Positions 24,240 through 38,080 of a stretch of 64,000 nucleotides of DNA are shown piece after piece. The first letter of the stretch is position 1. Every line of letters begins with the position of its first letter. The notes beneath the pieces were generated by a model, which was not told where the DNA came from, did no database searches, and was given only the letters and a program-made list of their open reading frames with translations. The position numbers and the translations under genes are program-made. Source of the stretch: Carcharhinus amblyrhynchos (taxonomy: Eukaryota); NCBI GenBank assembly GCA_965287045.1, contig OZ336882.1, forward strand, positions 36,332,001 through 36,396,000. Reading direction: 5' to 3'.

Positions 24240-27230
24240 TGAGCTTTGCATAAAAAGCTTGAACACAAATAACGATCAGGGTAGGGATGAGTGACAAGAA
24301 CAAGATTACAACATTCATGGAAGCATACCCTAAAGAGTCAACATCCTCTCAGTACAGGCAAAGACCTCCAAAGCTTTGACAACACCAGAGGCTTGCAAAA
24401 TGTTGTCTTTTTGAATGTTCTCCAAAGATCTAAGACTATGCATCTTATCTACTGTTCCACCAATGCCAACTACAGTAGTGGAATTCCATGAATATGGCAA
24501 CAGTAAATCAGCTACTAAAAGCAGCCTAGTATTGACTTCAGTCTCTAAATCCAGGGGCTGTCTTTGAATCTTTTCTTGACTAGTCTGCATTAAGACATCT
24601 TGGCTAAATTGCTTGGACCACTTCATTACAGCAAGGGTTAATTGTTGACTGGTAGGAGGAAGGAAAAAAAACTACTTAGCTTATAAAAAGTGCGATTCTT
24701 GCCAGTCAATCACACAGGCTAACAATGTCAGTGTCCACAGATAAATCTGTGGTTCAAACCATTTCCTCATTACCTACGAGAAGAGACACTGATACAGAAG
24801 GTAGCAACAAGATATCCACATCATTTTCTTCGATTATCTTTCAGAGAAGCATTTTGACTTGTCCCACAGATGGGCTGGAGGAAGAAAAATGACTATTCCC
24901 TTTGTTCAAGTTTTCTTAATTTATTGCAGAAATGCTGTTTGAAACACTCTACTCCTTAATCAAATGATGTTCTCTAAAAATACCATCTTATTCAAGTTTA
25001 CAGGGCTACATAAAATGGAAAAGTATGATTTTTAGTTCACCTTCTCTTGCTGATATTGCTATAGAGCTATTGTACAGTGGGAAGATCACTGAGACTGGGT
25101 CTATCTAGAAGTTTCATACTATAAGGATACATGACATTCCATTTCTCATTCTACATTAAAACCTAACTCGCATTACCATTTTCAGTTTTCTTTTCTTGCT
25201 CAGCCGAAGATTTTATTTTCTCAGTAGGAATCAGTTCTAAATCATTGCTTTGGAATTTGATTATTCCAACTTGTGAAGTTCTGACATCCTCAGTTTCTGT
25301 GCTGATTATATTTTTTTCCAATTAAATGTACTCCACTACATGCTCATACCAGGCTTCAAACATTGCATATCCTGTTGTGGGCTTTGCTGAACACAAGAAG
25401 TTTTTGCAGGATGCACCTGAACTCACCAGAAGTCTGTCTTCAGTCCAAACCTAAAATGAAGCACAAACACTCCAGGTCAGAGAGATTAATCTAGCACTGT
25501 AAGAAATTGTAAATGGTTGCACCATCGACTGTTTCAACACCCATGAAACCAGGTTGTAAACTATCTTTTAAGACTTTCCAATGACACAACTGTCTTTCCA
25601 GTTCTTGTCTCAAAACCAGGGTAGATTCTGGTAATATACGCTGTTGCAGTAATCTCAGCAGATGTTGAAGACAGCCCTTGTACTGCATAGTGCTGCAACA
25701 TCTGTTTAGTCTTCAATGATTGTTCAAACCACCATCATGGTCAGGAAGGTGTCATCACGAGGAACCTCTGACCTGGATTTACAGTTGCCCCGGCTAACAC
25801 TCATGAATCCAGTAGGTCTTTGACTGAGTAGCCTCTGCTCCTGCCAACACACATGGAGCACAAGCGGCATTAGAGGCTCTCTGCATCCTCTTGAATTCTT
25901 TATCTTATGGAAAATCTTTTGACTGAAACAGACCCAAAGCTGATGGATCATGAAAGACTTTACTCTTGGAGTTCTTGGATGAGTACCACCCTCCTTTGAA
26001 ATCATTCACCATGAAAGAATTAGACTTGATATTGCTATGGAGACTTGGCAGCCCAGAGTGTTGTTGTGACTCAAAGACTACAAGTCTTGATTTCAACCTT
26101 TGCTTCAAAAAAGGTAACTTGTCCTAGTCCTGGATGATGTCTCAATTCAGTTGTCTTTATTAGTTGTTCAGTCTGCTTTGACCAAATTACTTACCAGCCT
26201 TAAGGATTTTGCTGACTCAAGAGAACCCTTTTGAAATCTTCGAATTCAGGGGTGTGTGTGGTGGGCGGGGGATGTGGGGGGGGGGGGGGGGGGGTTGCGA
26301 TTTGGTTATGGTATATGAGCATCTGGCACATGTCAAAGGCAGATCTTGCTGGTTTGATTTAATGTCTAACAGCAATAGTTAAGTGCAAGCCTTTATTTTA
26401 TTCCTTTTGCTTAATTTGATGGGTCAGTGCTGAGTCTAGTGAGTTGTTCTACCTCATTGGGTGTGGGGTTTTCCGTATTTCCCTTTAGATCAGATCTATG
26501 GTTGACTGCAGATTTGATTTGGAAGGACAAGTAAAACTTTTGTTGGGCAGAGTGGACAACATTACAATTCCAACAGCCATTCAAGCCATTTTTCTCTGTC
26601 TTGGATTCTTCACTGATGTTCCAAGCACTAATATGGGACTGACCTAAGCTCTTGATATTTTTCAGTCTGAAAAAAAAAGTGTTGTTGGTGGTCTTCAGGA
26701 AAAAGGATGCAGGAATGTCCTGACACCTTGGATATTCTGTTCCACATATTGAACTAGTTTTGTATTTCACAAATTTCTGTGCATCTTCAGATAAAAGTGC
26801 TGGGGTTCCCTTTCATGAAAAAAACCTCTAGAACAGGTATTTTCAGCAAAACAAAATATTGATATTTACTTCAAACATATCCCCAAAAATAGAAAACCAT
26901 TTGAGAAGTGATCCCAAAGGGCGATTAGCTCTAAAGTTGGAAAAAATCCATTCTGAAGGAAAATGTATTTACTTAAGGGTTAGAGAGATAATTTGAGAGA
27001 GCTGGGTCCAAGTAATCCACACAGCAGAGTGATGGAAGTAAACCTAACCTTTTTTTTGAGTTTCTTCCTCATAACGTAGTTGCCATTAGTTACATTTTCC
27101 TAGCTTCTATTCCAATTACCACAAAGAAAGATCTTTCAAAATGTTTCAGAGTATGAGAAATAATATGTCCAAAACTAGCAAGACCATTTTAAACATTCTT
27201 ACTTTAAAGGAACGGTTCATCGAAGGTCAA
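24240..27230 (-). pseudogene. ~3 kb decayed coding-like exon of an unidentified large protein
   Basis: Five consecutive minus-strand ORFs (26411-26770, 25905-26108, 25724-26005, 25491-25688, 24330-24626) plus intervening protein-like text (LEKNIISTETEDVRTSQVGIIKFQSNDLELIPTEKIKSSAEQEKKTENG); acceptor tttctctatttgctAG at 27231-27232; no transposon motifs. Confidence 0.55.
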
Positions 27231-27559
27231 CTAGCAAATAGAGAAACAGTATGACCAAAAAGATGAAGGGCGGGATTTTACGACCTCGCTTGGGCGCGAC
27301 AGTAAAATTCCACCCGAGGCCAACGAAGATTTCTGTTCTGTGAGCCTCACCCGCCCCAAAACTTCATGCCAAAAAGTCACTAATAATGTTGAGTTACGAC
27401 GGACCCATTCTGCACTCAATTCAGCATCCTTAATGGTGGAAGTTAAACAACTCCTAAATTGCCTCAAGTTTCAATATGTTCACAAAAACAGAAGGACGTT
27501 TAGAAATAAAAACCATAACAATGATTAGTCAATAACTATATCAAAAAGGAAAATTAAAC

Positions 27560-30510
27560 ATACCAAAGCTTTTGGAGATGGTAGGATTCAGATTCTTAGA
27601 TTAGGATCTTTTCTGAAGTTTAAGAAGGATGGGCTGCATCTAAACTGGAGGCAGACCAATATCCTGGCGGGCAGATTTTCTAATGCTATAAGGGAGGGTT
27701 TAAACTAGATTGGCAGGGGGATGGGATTCTCAGCAGCAGGGAAGCAAATGAGGGGCTGAAAGGCGATGCAGTACTCAGCAATGGCAAGCTGAATAGACAT
27801 GATAGGCAAGAGCATGGCAGGCAGCGGGGAAAACCTGTTGGATTAAATTGCATCTATTACAATGTGAGAGAGCTGACAGGTAAGGCTGATGAACTCAGGG
27901 CATGGATAGGTATGTGGGACTGGGATATTATCCATAACTGAACTATAGCTAAGGGAGGGACAGGACTGGCAGCTTAATGTTCCAGAGTACAGGTGCTTTA
28001 GGCAGGACAGAGGTAAAGGAAAGACAGGAGGCAGAGTTGCATTTTTGATTAAGGGGAGCATCATGGCAGTAGGGATGAAATAACTGTGGGATCATCCACC
28101 AAGGCTCTGTGGGTGAAACTAAGAAATAATGGGGTGGTGACATTATTGGGGTTGTACTATATGCCCCCAAATTGTCAATGGGAATTAGAGGAACAAATAT
28201 GCAGAGAGATTGGGGAGACTTCCAGGAGCAATAGGGTTGTCATAGTTGGGGATTTTAATTTTCCTAATATAGGTACTGACATAGCGTTAAAGGTTTAGAT
28301 GGGGTGGAATTTGTTCAGTATGTCCAGGAAAGTTTCCTCAGGCAATATGTGGAGGGTCCTACTTAGGAAAAGGTAAAACTTGACCTATTCTTGGGAAATA
28401 CAGCAGGGCAAGTGATTGAGGTGATGGTGGGGGACCACTTTGGGACCAGTGACCATAGTTCTATTAGTTATGGAAAGGAACAAAACTGGTCCACAGGTGC
28501 AAGTTCTAAATTAGGGCAAAATGAATTTTAATGGAATTAGACAGGAGCTTGCAAGGGTTGACTGGAGTAGCTTGTGCGAGGGCAAAGGGATCCCTGGAAA
28601 ATGCAAGGCCTTTAAAAATGAAATAGCTGGAGTTCATATGTTGCTGTAAGGGTGAAGGGCAGGGCTGACGGGAGTAGGGAACTCTGGGTGATGAAACATA
28701 TTGAGGTTTTAGCCAGGAAAACAGAGGAGGCATGGTTCAGGTACAAGCAACTGGAATCAAGGGATTCCCTAGAGGTGTGCAGAGGATACAGGAGTATCCT
28801 CTCAAAGACCAAAACGGACACGCGAGGAACCGCAGGAGATGGTCGAGGTTCTTGATGAATATTTCTCCTGTGATTACCGTGGAAAAAGACATGAAGGCTT
28901 GCGAACCTGGGAAAGTTACTAGTGATAAATTGGGGACAGTTCACAATACAGTAGAGGAGGTGATGGATGTATTAAAACATACGAAGATGAATAAATCTCC
29001 TGGCCCCTACCAAGTATTTCCAAGAACACTGCGTGAGACTAGAGAAGAGATTGCAGGAGTCCTGGTTGAGATATTTGCATCATCATTAGCCATGGATGAG
29101 GTACCAGAAGGTTGGAGGGTAGCAAATGTTGTGCCCTTTTTAAGGGCTGCAAAGAAAAAACTGGGAATTATAGACTGGTAAGCCCAACATCTGTGGCAGG
29201 CAAGTTCTAGAAAGGATTGAGGGAATAGGGAATACAGGCATTTGGAAAGACAGGGTTTGATTAGGAGTGGTCAGTACGGCTTTGTGCATGGGAGACCATG
29301 CCTTACGAATTTGTTAGAATTCTTTTGAAGAAGTGACCAGGAAGGTTGATGAGGGCAAAGCAGTAGATATAGTCTATATGGACTTCAGTAACCTTTGATA
29401 ACGTTCCACACGGTAGGCTGCTCTGGAAGGTTAGATCACATCGAATCCAGGGAGAGCTGGCAAATTGGATATACAATTGGCTTGATGGTAGGAAGCAAAG
29501 GGTAATGACGGAAGGATGCCTGTGACTAGTGGTGTGCTTCAGGGGTCAGTGCCAGGCCCATTGCTGTTTATTATCTATATCAACAATTTGGATGAGAATG
29601 TACAAGATATGATCAGTAAGTTTGTAGATGACACTAAAATAGCTGGTATTATAGACAGTGAGGAAGGTTATCAAAAATTTCAGCAGGATCTTGATCAGCT
29701 GGGGCGTGATTGGAGAAATGGCAAAAGGAGTTCAATACAGATAAGCGTGAGGTGCTGCATTTTGGGAAGTAAAATCAAGGTAGGACATTCACAATGAATG
29801 GCAGGACCTTAGAGAGTATCGTGGAACAGAGGGACAGTTCTCTAAAGGTAGAGTCACAGAGTGATAGGGCAGTGAAGGCAGCTTTTGGCATGCTGGCCTT
29901 CAGCAGTCAGGGCATGGAGTATAGAAGTTGAGAAGTTATGTTGCAGTTGTACAGGACATTGGTGAAGCCACACCTGGAGTATTGTGTTCAGGTTTGGGCG
30001 CCTTGCTATAGGAAGGATGTTATTAATCCGGAGAGTACACAAGAGATTTACAAGGATGTTGCCAGGATTCAAGGGAATGAGTTATATGGAGAGATTGGAC
30101 AGGCTAGGACTATTTTCTTTGAAGCGTAAGAGATTGAAGGGTGATCTTAGAGGGTATAAGAGGCATGATGAGGGTGAATGCACTGTCTTTTTCCCAGGAT
30201 TGGGGAAATCGAGAACTAGAGGGCACGGTTTAGGTTGAGGGGGGAAAAAAGATTAATGGGAATCCGAGGAGCAATTTTTTTTTTTATTTATAGAGGGTGG
30301 TACATATGTGAAATGAGCTGCCAAAGGAAGTGATTGAGGCAGGGACGTTGACAACATTTAAAAGGTATTTGGAGAGATACATGGATAAGAAAGGTTTAGA
30401 AGGGTGTGGGCCAAATGCAGGCAAATGGGATTACTTAGATGGGCATTTTAGTCAGCGCGGACCAATTTGGGCTGAAGGGCCTGTTTCTGTGCCATAGATG
30501 CTATGATTCT
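27560..30510 (+). mobile_element. CR1 LINE (ORF1 end plus frameshifted ORF2)
   Basis: DGLHLNW ORF1 end; VVIVGDFNFPNI; KSPGP; SGVLQGSVPGPLLF...KFVDDTK; [19 protein letters not shown]; tail ctgtgccatagatgctatgattct. Confidence 0.93.
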
Positions 30511-31660
30511 GAGGTAACAGAGAGAGTAGACAATAGTAGTAGATGCAATTTATGTGGTCTTTCTAAAGGCCTTTGATAAGGTGCTCCATAACAGTTTAAC
30601 GAATAAGAACAGTGTGGAGGGGAGCATGGGGACAAGAGGCAGAATGGATCATTAGCTGGCTTCAAGACAGAAATCAGAGAGCAGGAATAGAGGGTTGTTA
30701 TTCAAAATGGCAAAGGTGGGAAGGGGTCAATGCTGGGATCACTGTCATTCACAATTTACATTAATGATGTGAACTTTAGAATCAAAAAAATTTTAAATTT
30801 GAAGATAGCACCACAACAAATTAAAGGACGGCATTAAGGAACTTGCAGAATGTCAAATAATGGGCAAGAAGTTCAAAACAGGCAAATGCAAGGTAGTGCA
30901 TTCTATCAGGAAGAATACTTATTACTTGAAAGGTGCAAGTCTAGGTAAGGTAATGGAACAAAAGTGATCTTCGAGTATAAATACACCAATCACTAAACAT
31001 GGCACACAGATTAGCAAGGCCATAAAAAAGGAGACAAAGCACTCGTGTTTATTTCCAGAGGGAGAGAATTTAAAAGTAGAGAAATTATGTTAAACCTGTA
31101 TTGAATCTTAGTTGGACCATGCTCGAGAATATAGTGTACAGTTCTGGCTGTCATATCATTGAGGATATAAAGGCAATGTGAAAAATATAAATATAAAATG
31201 TGCAGAAAAGATTTACAATGATGATACAACAAATGCAAGAGTATATATCAACAAAGAATTTACAGGCTGGGTCTCTTTTCCTTTTAAAGAAGAAAACTGT
31301 GGTGTATTTAAAATTATGAAATGTTTTGATAGTGAGGAAGTGTTTTCTCTTGTGGTGGAGCATGATGATGGAGGGTGCCATCAATAGATCAATAACCACC
31401 AAAAATTTCAATAGTGAAAGAAGAAACCTATTTGCCCAAATAGTGGTAAGAATGTGGACCTCATTACCATGGAGTGTAGTTGAAGCACGGTGTAAAGATG
31501 TATTTAAGGGGAAGCTGAACAATCATATGTGGGAGAAAGGAATAAAGGGTTATGATGGTAGATTTAGAGGAGGAAAGATGGGAGGCTGTCAGTGTGAAGC
31601 ATAGACATTGGCTTCAATTCGTTGGCTCAAATGGCCTGTTTCTGTACTAAGTATTCTTGT
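30511..31660 (+). mobile_element. Older CR1 RT fragment
   Basis: ctaaaggcctttgataaggtg; ERRNLFAQIVVRMWTSLP; tail aaatggcctgtttctgtac. Confidence 0.8.
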
Positions 31661-31909
31661 GTATCTAGAAACATGAGATCTAGAAATTTAAAGTACTTAA
31701 GCAATGTTCAGGATATCAGCCACTAAAAACTAAACAGTTGATCTTATTTTAGCATGTGTGAAAGACATCAAAATTTCATCTTATAAAAAATGTCAGACCA
31801 TGTGTGTTGTTGATACCATGCCTTCAAGAAATATATTTTTACTATGTTTCTTGTAAAGAGGCATGTTTAAAAGTCAGCTGTTTTTCCAAGGTGCCAATTT
31901 GTCTGGGAA

Positions 31910-32190
31910 AACATGCAGCAGCACAGTGCCAGGGATCCAGGTTCAATTCCCAGCTTGGATCACCGTCTGTGTGAAGTCTGCATGTTCTCCTCATGTCTTA
32001 GTGTGTTTCTTCCCCATGCACTGGTTTCCACCCACAGTCCAAAAGACGTGCTGGTTAGGTGCACTGGCCATGCTAAATTTTCCCTCAGTGTACCCGAACA
32101 GGCACCAGAGTGTGGCAACTAGGAGATTTTCACAGCAACTTCATTGCAGTGTTAATGTAAGCCCATTTGTGACACAAATAAACTTAAACT
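31910..32190 (+). mobile_element. tRNA-derived V-SINE/HE1-like shark SINE
   Basis: B-box ggttcaattcc; core gtgtgaagtctgcatgttctcc...ggttaggtgcactggccatgctaaatt. Confidence 0.8.
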
Positions 32191-33119
32191 TAGCTCCACA
32201 TTGAGAATGCAGGATAATGAGATTTTTAGGTAAAGGTGTGTTGGTCTGAAATAGTTAATGCATTTGTGTTTATTTCGGTTTTCAGAATAGGGTTTTGATT
32301 ACATTGATTGACAAGGCCAGAGCTGTGTCTTAATGAGCAGTGCTTAGATGGCAGGAGAGATGTTGTTTTAAAAGTCAATTTCTGCCTAGTTCTGAAAGAA
32401 GCAAGACGTGTTCCTCTGTCCTCTTCAGAAGTGCTCTGAGAACTCGGATTGGCAATTTAATTATAAGTAAGCAAGCCTGTGTTTGTTCACTGAATTTGAA
32501 AGTTTGGGAGGGGTGGGGGGGGGGAGTTAAGTTTATAAGAGGTATATTGTTTGGATTGGAACTCAGATAGGTTAGCAGTCAAGAAATGTATCTTGTCATT
32601 TTTAACCAGTCTTCAAATGTTAAGCTAATTCATTTGTTATAGCTAAACTGTGTTGTTAAATTAAATTTGTTTTGATAAAAGCTTCCCAGTTTGTCAGTAG
32701 AATCACACAAGTGAAACATCATATCCTCATATTAATGCCAAAAGTTGCAAATAGTTGGGATTTAGTCTAACTTCATAATATACCTTGGGGTTTCTGATCC
32801 GTATCATAACATGTACCCTTCATAATATATTAAGTGGTAATTGAGAATCTTTACAATAGAAGATCAACAAAAGTCATCACTTTAGGTGATTAGCAAGTAG
32901 CTCTTTTACCACAGAGATTAAGTGATGATTTATGTTGACTTTCTCCGTTGCTCCTAATGGATTGCACATGAAATGAGTTTGTGTTCCAAACTGGCCTATT
33001 ACTAATCTCCCCAAACTTAGTACATGACTCTGAAAATCAGGCAGTTATTTTCCAGAGCACAGTACGGATCCAATTCCTCATTCACGTTGCATCTTTCTTG
33101 AGCATAACACAGCTAATTG

Positions 33120-35105
33120 TTCATAAGATATCGGAGTAGGATTAGCCCATTTGGTCCATCATTCGATGGCAACATTCGATCATGACTGATATACTCTTCA
33201 TCCTTATTTTCCTGCCTTCTCCCCATAACCTTTCAACCTATTACCAATTAAAAATCTGTCTAACTCCTTAAGTTTACTCACTGTCCCAGCATTCATTGCA
33301 CTTTAGAGTAGCAAATTCCATGGATTCACAACCCTTTGGGAAAAGTAGTTTTTCCTCAACTGTTTTAAATTTGCTACCCCTCATCCTAAGATTATGATCT
33401 CTCATCGTACAATGTGCCACCAGCAAAAGTATCTGCTCCGCATCTACTTTATCCATACTGTTTATTATCTTGAATACCTTAATTGGATCTCCCCTCATTC
33501 ATAGAACATTACAGTGCAGTACAGGTGCTTCGGCCCTTGATGTTGCGCCGACCAGTGGAACCAATCTAATGACCCTCTAACCTAAACTATTCCAACATTA
33601 TCCATATGCCTATCCAATGACCATTTGAATGCCCTTAAAATTGGCAAGTCCACCACTGCTGCAGGTAGGGCATTCCATGCCCTTACTACCCTCTGATTAA
33701 AGAACCTACCTCTGACATCCGTCCTATATTTATCACCCCTCAATTTAAAGCTACGTCCCCTCGTGTTAGCCATCACCATCTGAGGAAAAAGGCTCTCACT
33801 GTCCACCCTATCTAATCCTCTGATCATCTTGTATGCCTCAATTAGGTCACCTCTCAACTTCCTTCTCTCCAATGAAAACAACCTCAAGTCCCTCAGCCTT
33901 TCCTCATAAGGCCTTCCCACCATACCAGGCAACATCCTGGTAAACTTCCTCTGCACCCTTTCCAATGCTTCCATATCCTTCTTATAATGCGGCAACCAGA
34001 ACTGTACGCAATACTCCAAGTGCGGCCGTACCAGAGTTTTGTGCAGCTGCAACATGATCTCACGGCTCCAAAATCCAATCCTTCTACCAATAAAAGCTAA
34101 CACACCGTATGCCTTCTTAACAACCTTATCAACCTGGGTGCCAACTTTTAGTGATCTATGCACATGCACACTGAGACCTCTTTGCTCATCAACACTACCA
34201 AAAGTCCTTCCATTAGCTCAATATTCTGTAATCCTGTTACTCTTTCCAAAGTGAATCACCTCACACTTTTCCGCATTAAACTCCATTTGCCACCTCTCAG
34301 CCCAGCTCTGCAGCTTATCTATGTCCCTCTGCAAACTGTAACATCCATCCTCACTGTCTACAACTCCTCTGACTCGTGTCATCCGCAAATTTACTAACCC
34401 ATCCTCCTACACCCTCATCTAAGTCATTTATAAAAAAGACAAACAGTAGTGGCCCCAAAACAGATCCCTGCAGTACACCATTAGTAACTGAACTCCAGGC
34501 TGAATATTTCCCATCAACCACCACCCTCTATCAGCTAGCCAATTCCTGATCTGAATTCCTGAATTCTTCTTAATTCCAGAGAGCATAGGCCCAAACTGTT
34601 CAATCTCTCTTCATACGACAAACCCATCATCTCTGGAATCAATCTTGTGAACCTCCTCTGAACTGCCTCCACACTACATGTTTCCTCAAATATAAGGCCG
34701 AAAACTGTGCACAATACTCCAGGTGTGCCCTCACCAATGCCTTGTGTAACTGTAACAATACTTCCTTATGTTCTATGTTCCATGCCATTTGCCTTATTAT
34801 CTGCTGTACCTGCATGCTAGTCTTGTGTGACTCATGAATGAGGACACCCAGATCTCTCTGCACCAGAGCACCCCAAAGTCTCTCCCCATTTAGATAATAA
34901 GTTGCCTTCCCATTTTTGTGACCAAAATGCATGATCCCATACTTATCCACATTAAATGCCATCTGCCACATTTTGGCCCACTCTCCTAACCTATCTATAT
35001 CCATTTGTAAGGTTATTTCCTCATTGCAACTTACTGTCCCATGTATTTTGGTGTCATCTGCAAATTTGTTTATAGAGCCTTCGACCTCTGTATCCAAGTC
35101 ACTAG
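33120..35105 (-). mobile_element. CR1 LINE interrupted by a younger CR1 (33501-~34555)
   Basis: Outer pieces MRGDPIKVFKI (33274-33498) and INKFADDTKI (to ~35105); inner 195-aa [16 protein letters not shown] (33582-34169) with its own tail. Confidence 0.9.
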
Positions 35106-35964
35106 ATTGTACCTGAACTACCCAAAATTGCATTTCTTCAAATCCGACAAATTTGAAATTACAATGCTGGCAAATACTCTCCAGTCTTGTACTGAATAAA
35201 TTATTCTCCTCGCATCCCTGCATTCTGGAGATTCTTCAAAAATCTCTAAATGCAGCGCTATCAACTTTGTAAAGACTAAATTCTCAATTATAACTAACAT
35301 CTCATGGGCATCTACTGCTTCTCCCACAAGCTGGGTTCACTGTTGTAGAACAATGGTCAAACTTGCTGCAGTTCCTTACATGTTACCTCCACAGATGATT
35401 TCGCTCTTGAACACAAGAATATAGACAATGTCAAGGATGAGAACAGGCTATTTAGGCCCTTCAGGTTCATCTCTAAATTCCATTAACTCCAATCACAGCA
35501 TTCAACTGCATATTGAAAAAAAAATTGCTTTTTTTTTGCATTGGTTGGATGATAGATTGTTGTAGATACTCACTAACTAGAGAAATAATTCCTGATCAGC
35601 TTTAAACTTACATCCACCTTACCTTTATTGACTTTCCAGAACTTTTATGATTGGATTAAGAAGAAACCCTCAGATGTTTACACTACATTTTTGAGAGATT
35701 AAGAAAGAGAATTTACCACAGATGTCTGAGGAACTTGCTATAATATACAAATAAATCCACAGTTATTCGCTCCATTTGTCGGTTATTACCAAAGCCAAGC
35801 AATATGATATGTGACAGACTAATTAAGAGTCAGGGTTGGAGTGAACAAGCAGATAATGCTCATGTTTTATGGCAAGAAATGCAATGCATAACTTCTACTC
35901 AAAATGAAGTCTATGGGCTAAAGCTCCAATCACAAACAGCATTTTGCTTTTATTGTCTCCATAA

Positions 35965-36890
35965 CAGCATAAAAGATATAGGAGCAGAATCAGGCCATTC
36001 AGCACATCGAGTCTGCTCCACCATTCAATCATTGCTGACAAGTTTCTCAACCCCATTTTCCCGCTATTTCCCCATAACCCTTGATCTCTTTACCAATCAA
36101 GAACTTGTTTTAAATGCACTCAATGACCTGGCTTCCACAGCTTTCTGTGGCAATGAATTCCATAGATTCATCACCCTCTGGCTGAAGAAATTTTTCTTCG
36201 TCTGAGCTCTAAAAGGTCGTCCGTTTACTTTGAGGCTGTCCTACTCTCTCCTCATGGAACATCTTCCCCACATCCACTCACAGAACCCATCTCCTTGTGC
36301 AACATTGCAACATCTTGTTAAATAGTATTCTATCTAAGCCTTTCATTATTCCATACGTTTCAATGAAATCCCCTCTCATTCTTCTATACTCCATCGAGTA
36401 CAGATTCAAGAATCTTCTGATGCTCCTTACACATCAAGCTTTTCATTACCAAGATCATTCTTGTGAACCTCCTCTGGACTCCCTCGAAGGATGAAAATAG
36501 GCTATTTAGCAGCACATCCTTCCTTAAATAAGGAGCCCAATATTGCTTGCAATATCCTAAAAGTGGTCTCACTAAAAACTTTACAAAGCCCCAGCAGTAC
36601 ATCCCTGCTTTTGTATTCTAATCCTCTCGAAATGAATGCTAACATTGCATTTGCTTTCCTAACTACGAAGTCAACCTGCATGGTAACCTTAAAAGAATCC
36701 TGAACTAAAACTCCCAAGTCCCTTTGTGCTACTAATTTCTGAATTCTCTCTCTATTTAGTAAGTAGTCTACACCTCTATTCTTCCTACCAAAGCACATAA
36801 CCTCACATTTCCCACGTTGTATTCAATCTGCTAATTTTGTCCATTCTGCTAACCTGTCTAAATCCTTCTGCAGCCTCCCTGCCTCTTCAA
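35965..36890 (-). mobile_element. CR1 LINE 3' fragment
   Basis: QRDLGVLVQDSFKV, KANAMLAFISRGLEYKS; tail gatataggagcagaatcaggccattc. Confidence 0.88.
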
Positions 36891-37177
36891 TCCAATGCTC
36901 CTTGTTTCACACGTTTCCAAGTTCCATCAGTTTGTGTTCTATGCTCATTCAAATGCTGTCAAAACTCAATTCTCAACCAATATAATTAACATTTCCAGAT
37001 ATTCTCTTGCCCAAACATTTTAACCTGAATCCAAACTCTCTGGCTCAATGGATCTACACTGCTTTTAACAGATGTTTGACAGAAGCTTGAGTGAACTGCT
37101 GCAAATAAGTTAATAGGGGAAGAATTTTCTAAGGACAATTCCTGCTACTAATTATTTGATTATTACCAAATGACTCC

Positions 37178-38080
37178 ATAGAACTATAGAATTCCTACAG
37201 TGCAGAAGGAAGCTGCCACTGTCAACAATCTCACGCAGACTCAATCCCCGTTACCCACATATTTACCCTGTTAATCCCCTGGTACTAAGGGTCAATTTAG
37301 CATGGCCAATCAATCTATCTGTCCTGGTCCCCCCATGTTGACACTATAGTTAAGAAAGCCCACCAACACCTACTTTCTCAGAAGACCAAGGAAATTTAGC
37401 CCGTCAGCTATGACTCTCTCCAATTTTTATAGATGCACCATAGGAAGCATTCTTTCTGCCTGTATCACAGCTTGGTATGGCTCCTGCTCTGTCCAAGACC
37501 ACAATAAACTACAAAAGGTCATGAATGTAGCCCAATCCATCACGCAAGCCAGCCTCCCATCCATTGACTGTCTACACTCCCCGCTGCCTCGGCAAAGCAG
37601 CCAGCATAATTAAGGACACCCACGCACCCTGGATATTCTCTCTTCCACCTCCATCCGGGGAAAAGAGATATAAAGTCTGCGCTCACGTACCAATCGACTC
37701 ATGAACAGCTTCTTCTCTGCTATCATCAGACTTTCGAATGGACCTACTTTGCATTAAGTTGATCTTTCTCTACACCCTAGCTACGACTGTAACATTACAT
37801 TCTGCACTCTCTCGTTTCCTTCTCTATGAAGAGTATGCTTTGTCAGCATACTGCGCAAGAAACAATATTTTTCACTGTTAACTAATACATGTGACAATAA
37901 TAAATCAAGTTGAATCTAACCTGCACATCTTTGGAGCGTGGGAAGTATCCAGAGCACATAGAGGAAACCTATGAAGACATGGGGAGAACGTGCAAACTCC
38001 CACAGTCACCCAAGATTGGAATTGAACCCAGGTCCCTGGCTCTATGTGGAAGTAGTGCTAACTGGTATGCCATTGCGCCC
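37178..38080 (-). mobile_element. HE1/V-SINE-like SINE split by a LINE insertion
   Basis: Left half ends tttagcatggccaatcaatcta; right half resumes aatctaacctgcacatctttg...ggaattgaacccaggtccctgg. Confidence 0.8.
37321..37912 (+). mobile_element. Rex1/Babar- or L2-like LINE 3' fragment
   Basis: FYRCTIGSILSACITAWYGSCSVQD; 3' end acatgtgacaataataaatcaa. Confidence 0.8.

Noticed and set aside
27265-27360. Short GC-rich imperfect palindrome
   Set aside because: Probably a MITE end fragment; too short to classify.
31910-31960. tRNA gene
   Set aside because: The B-box belongs to a SINE head; no cloverleaf.
33582-34169. 195-aa ORF as a host gene
   Set aside because: CR1 reverse transcriptase C-terminus.
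35113-35400. Resemblance to the TASOR/TEX15 PARP-like domain (LESICQH, AILGSS)
   Set aside because: Requires switching frames; too weak without an HMM search.
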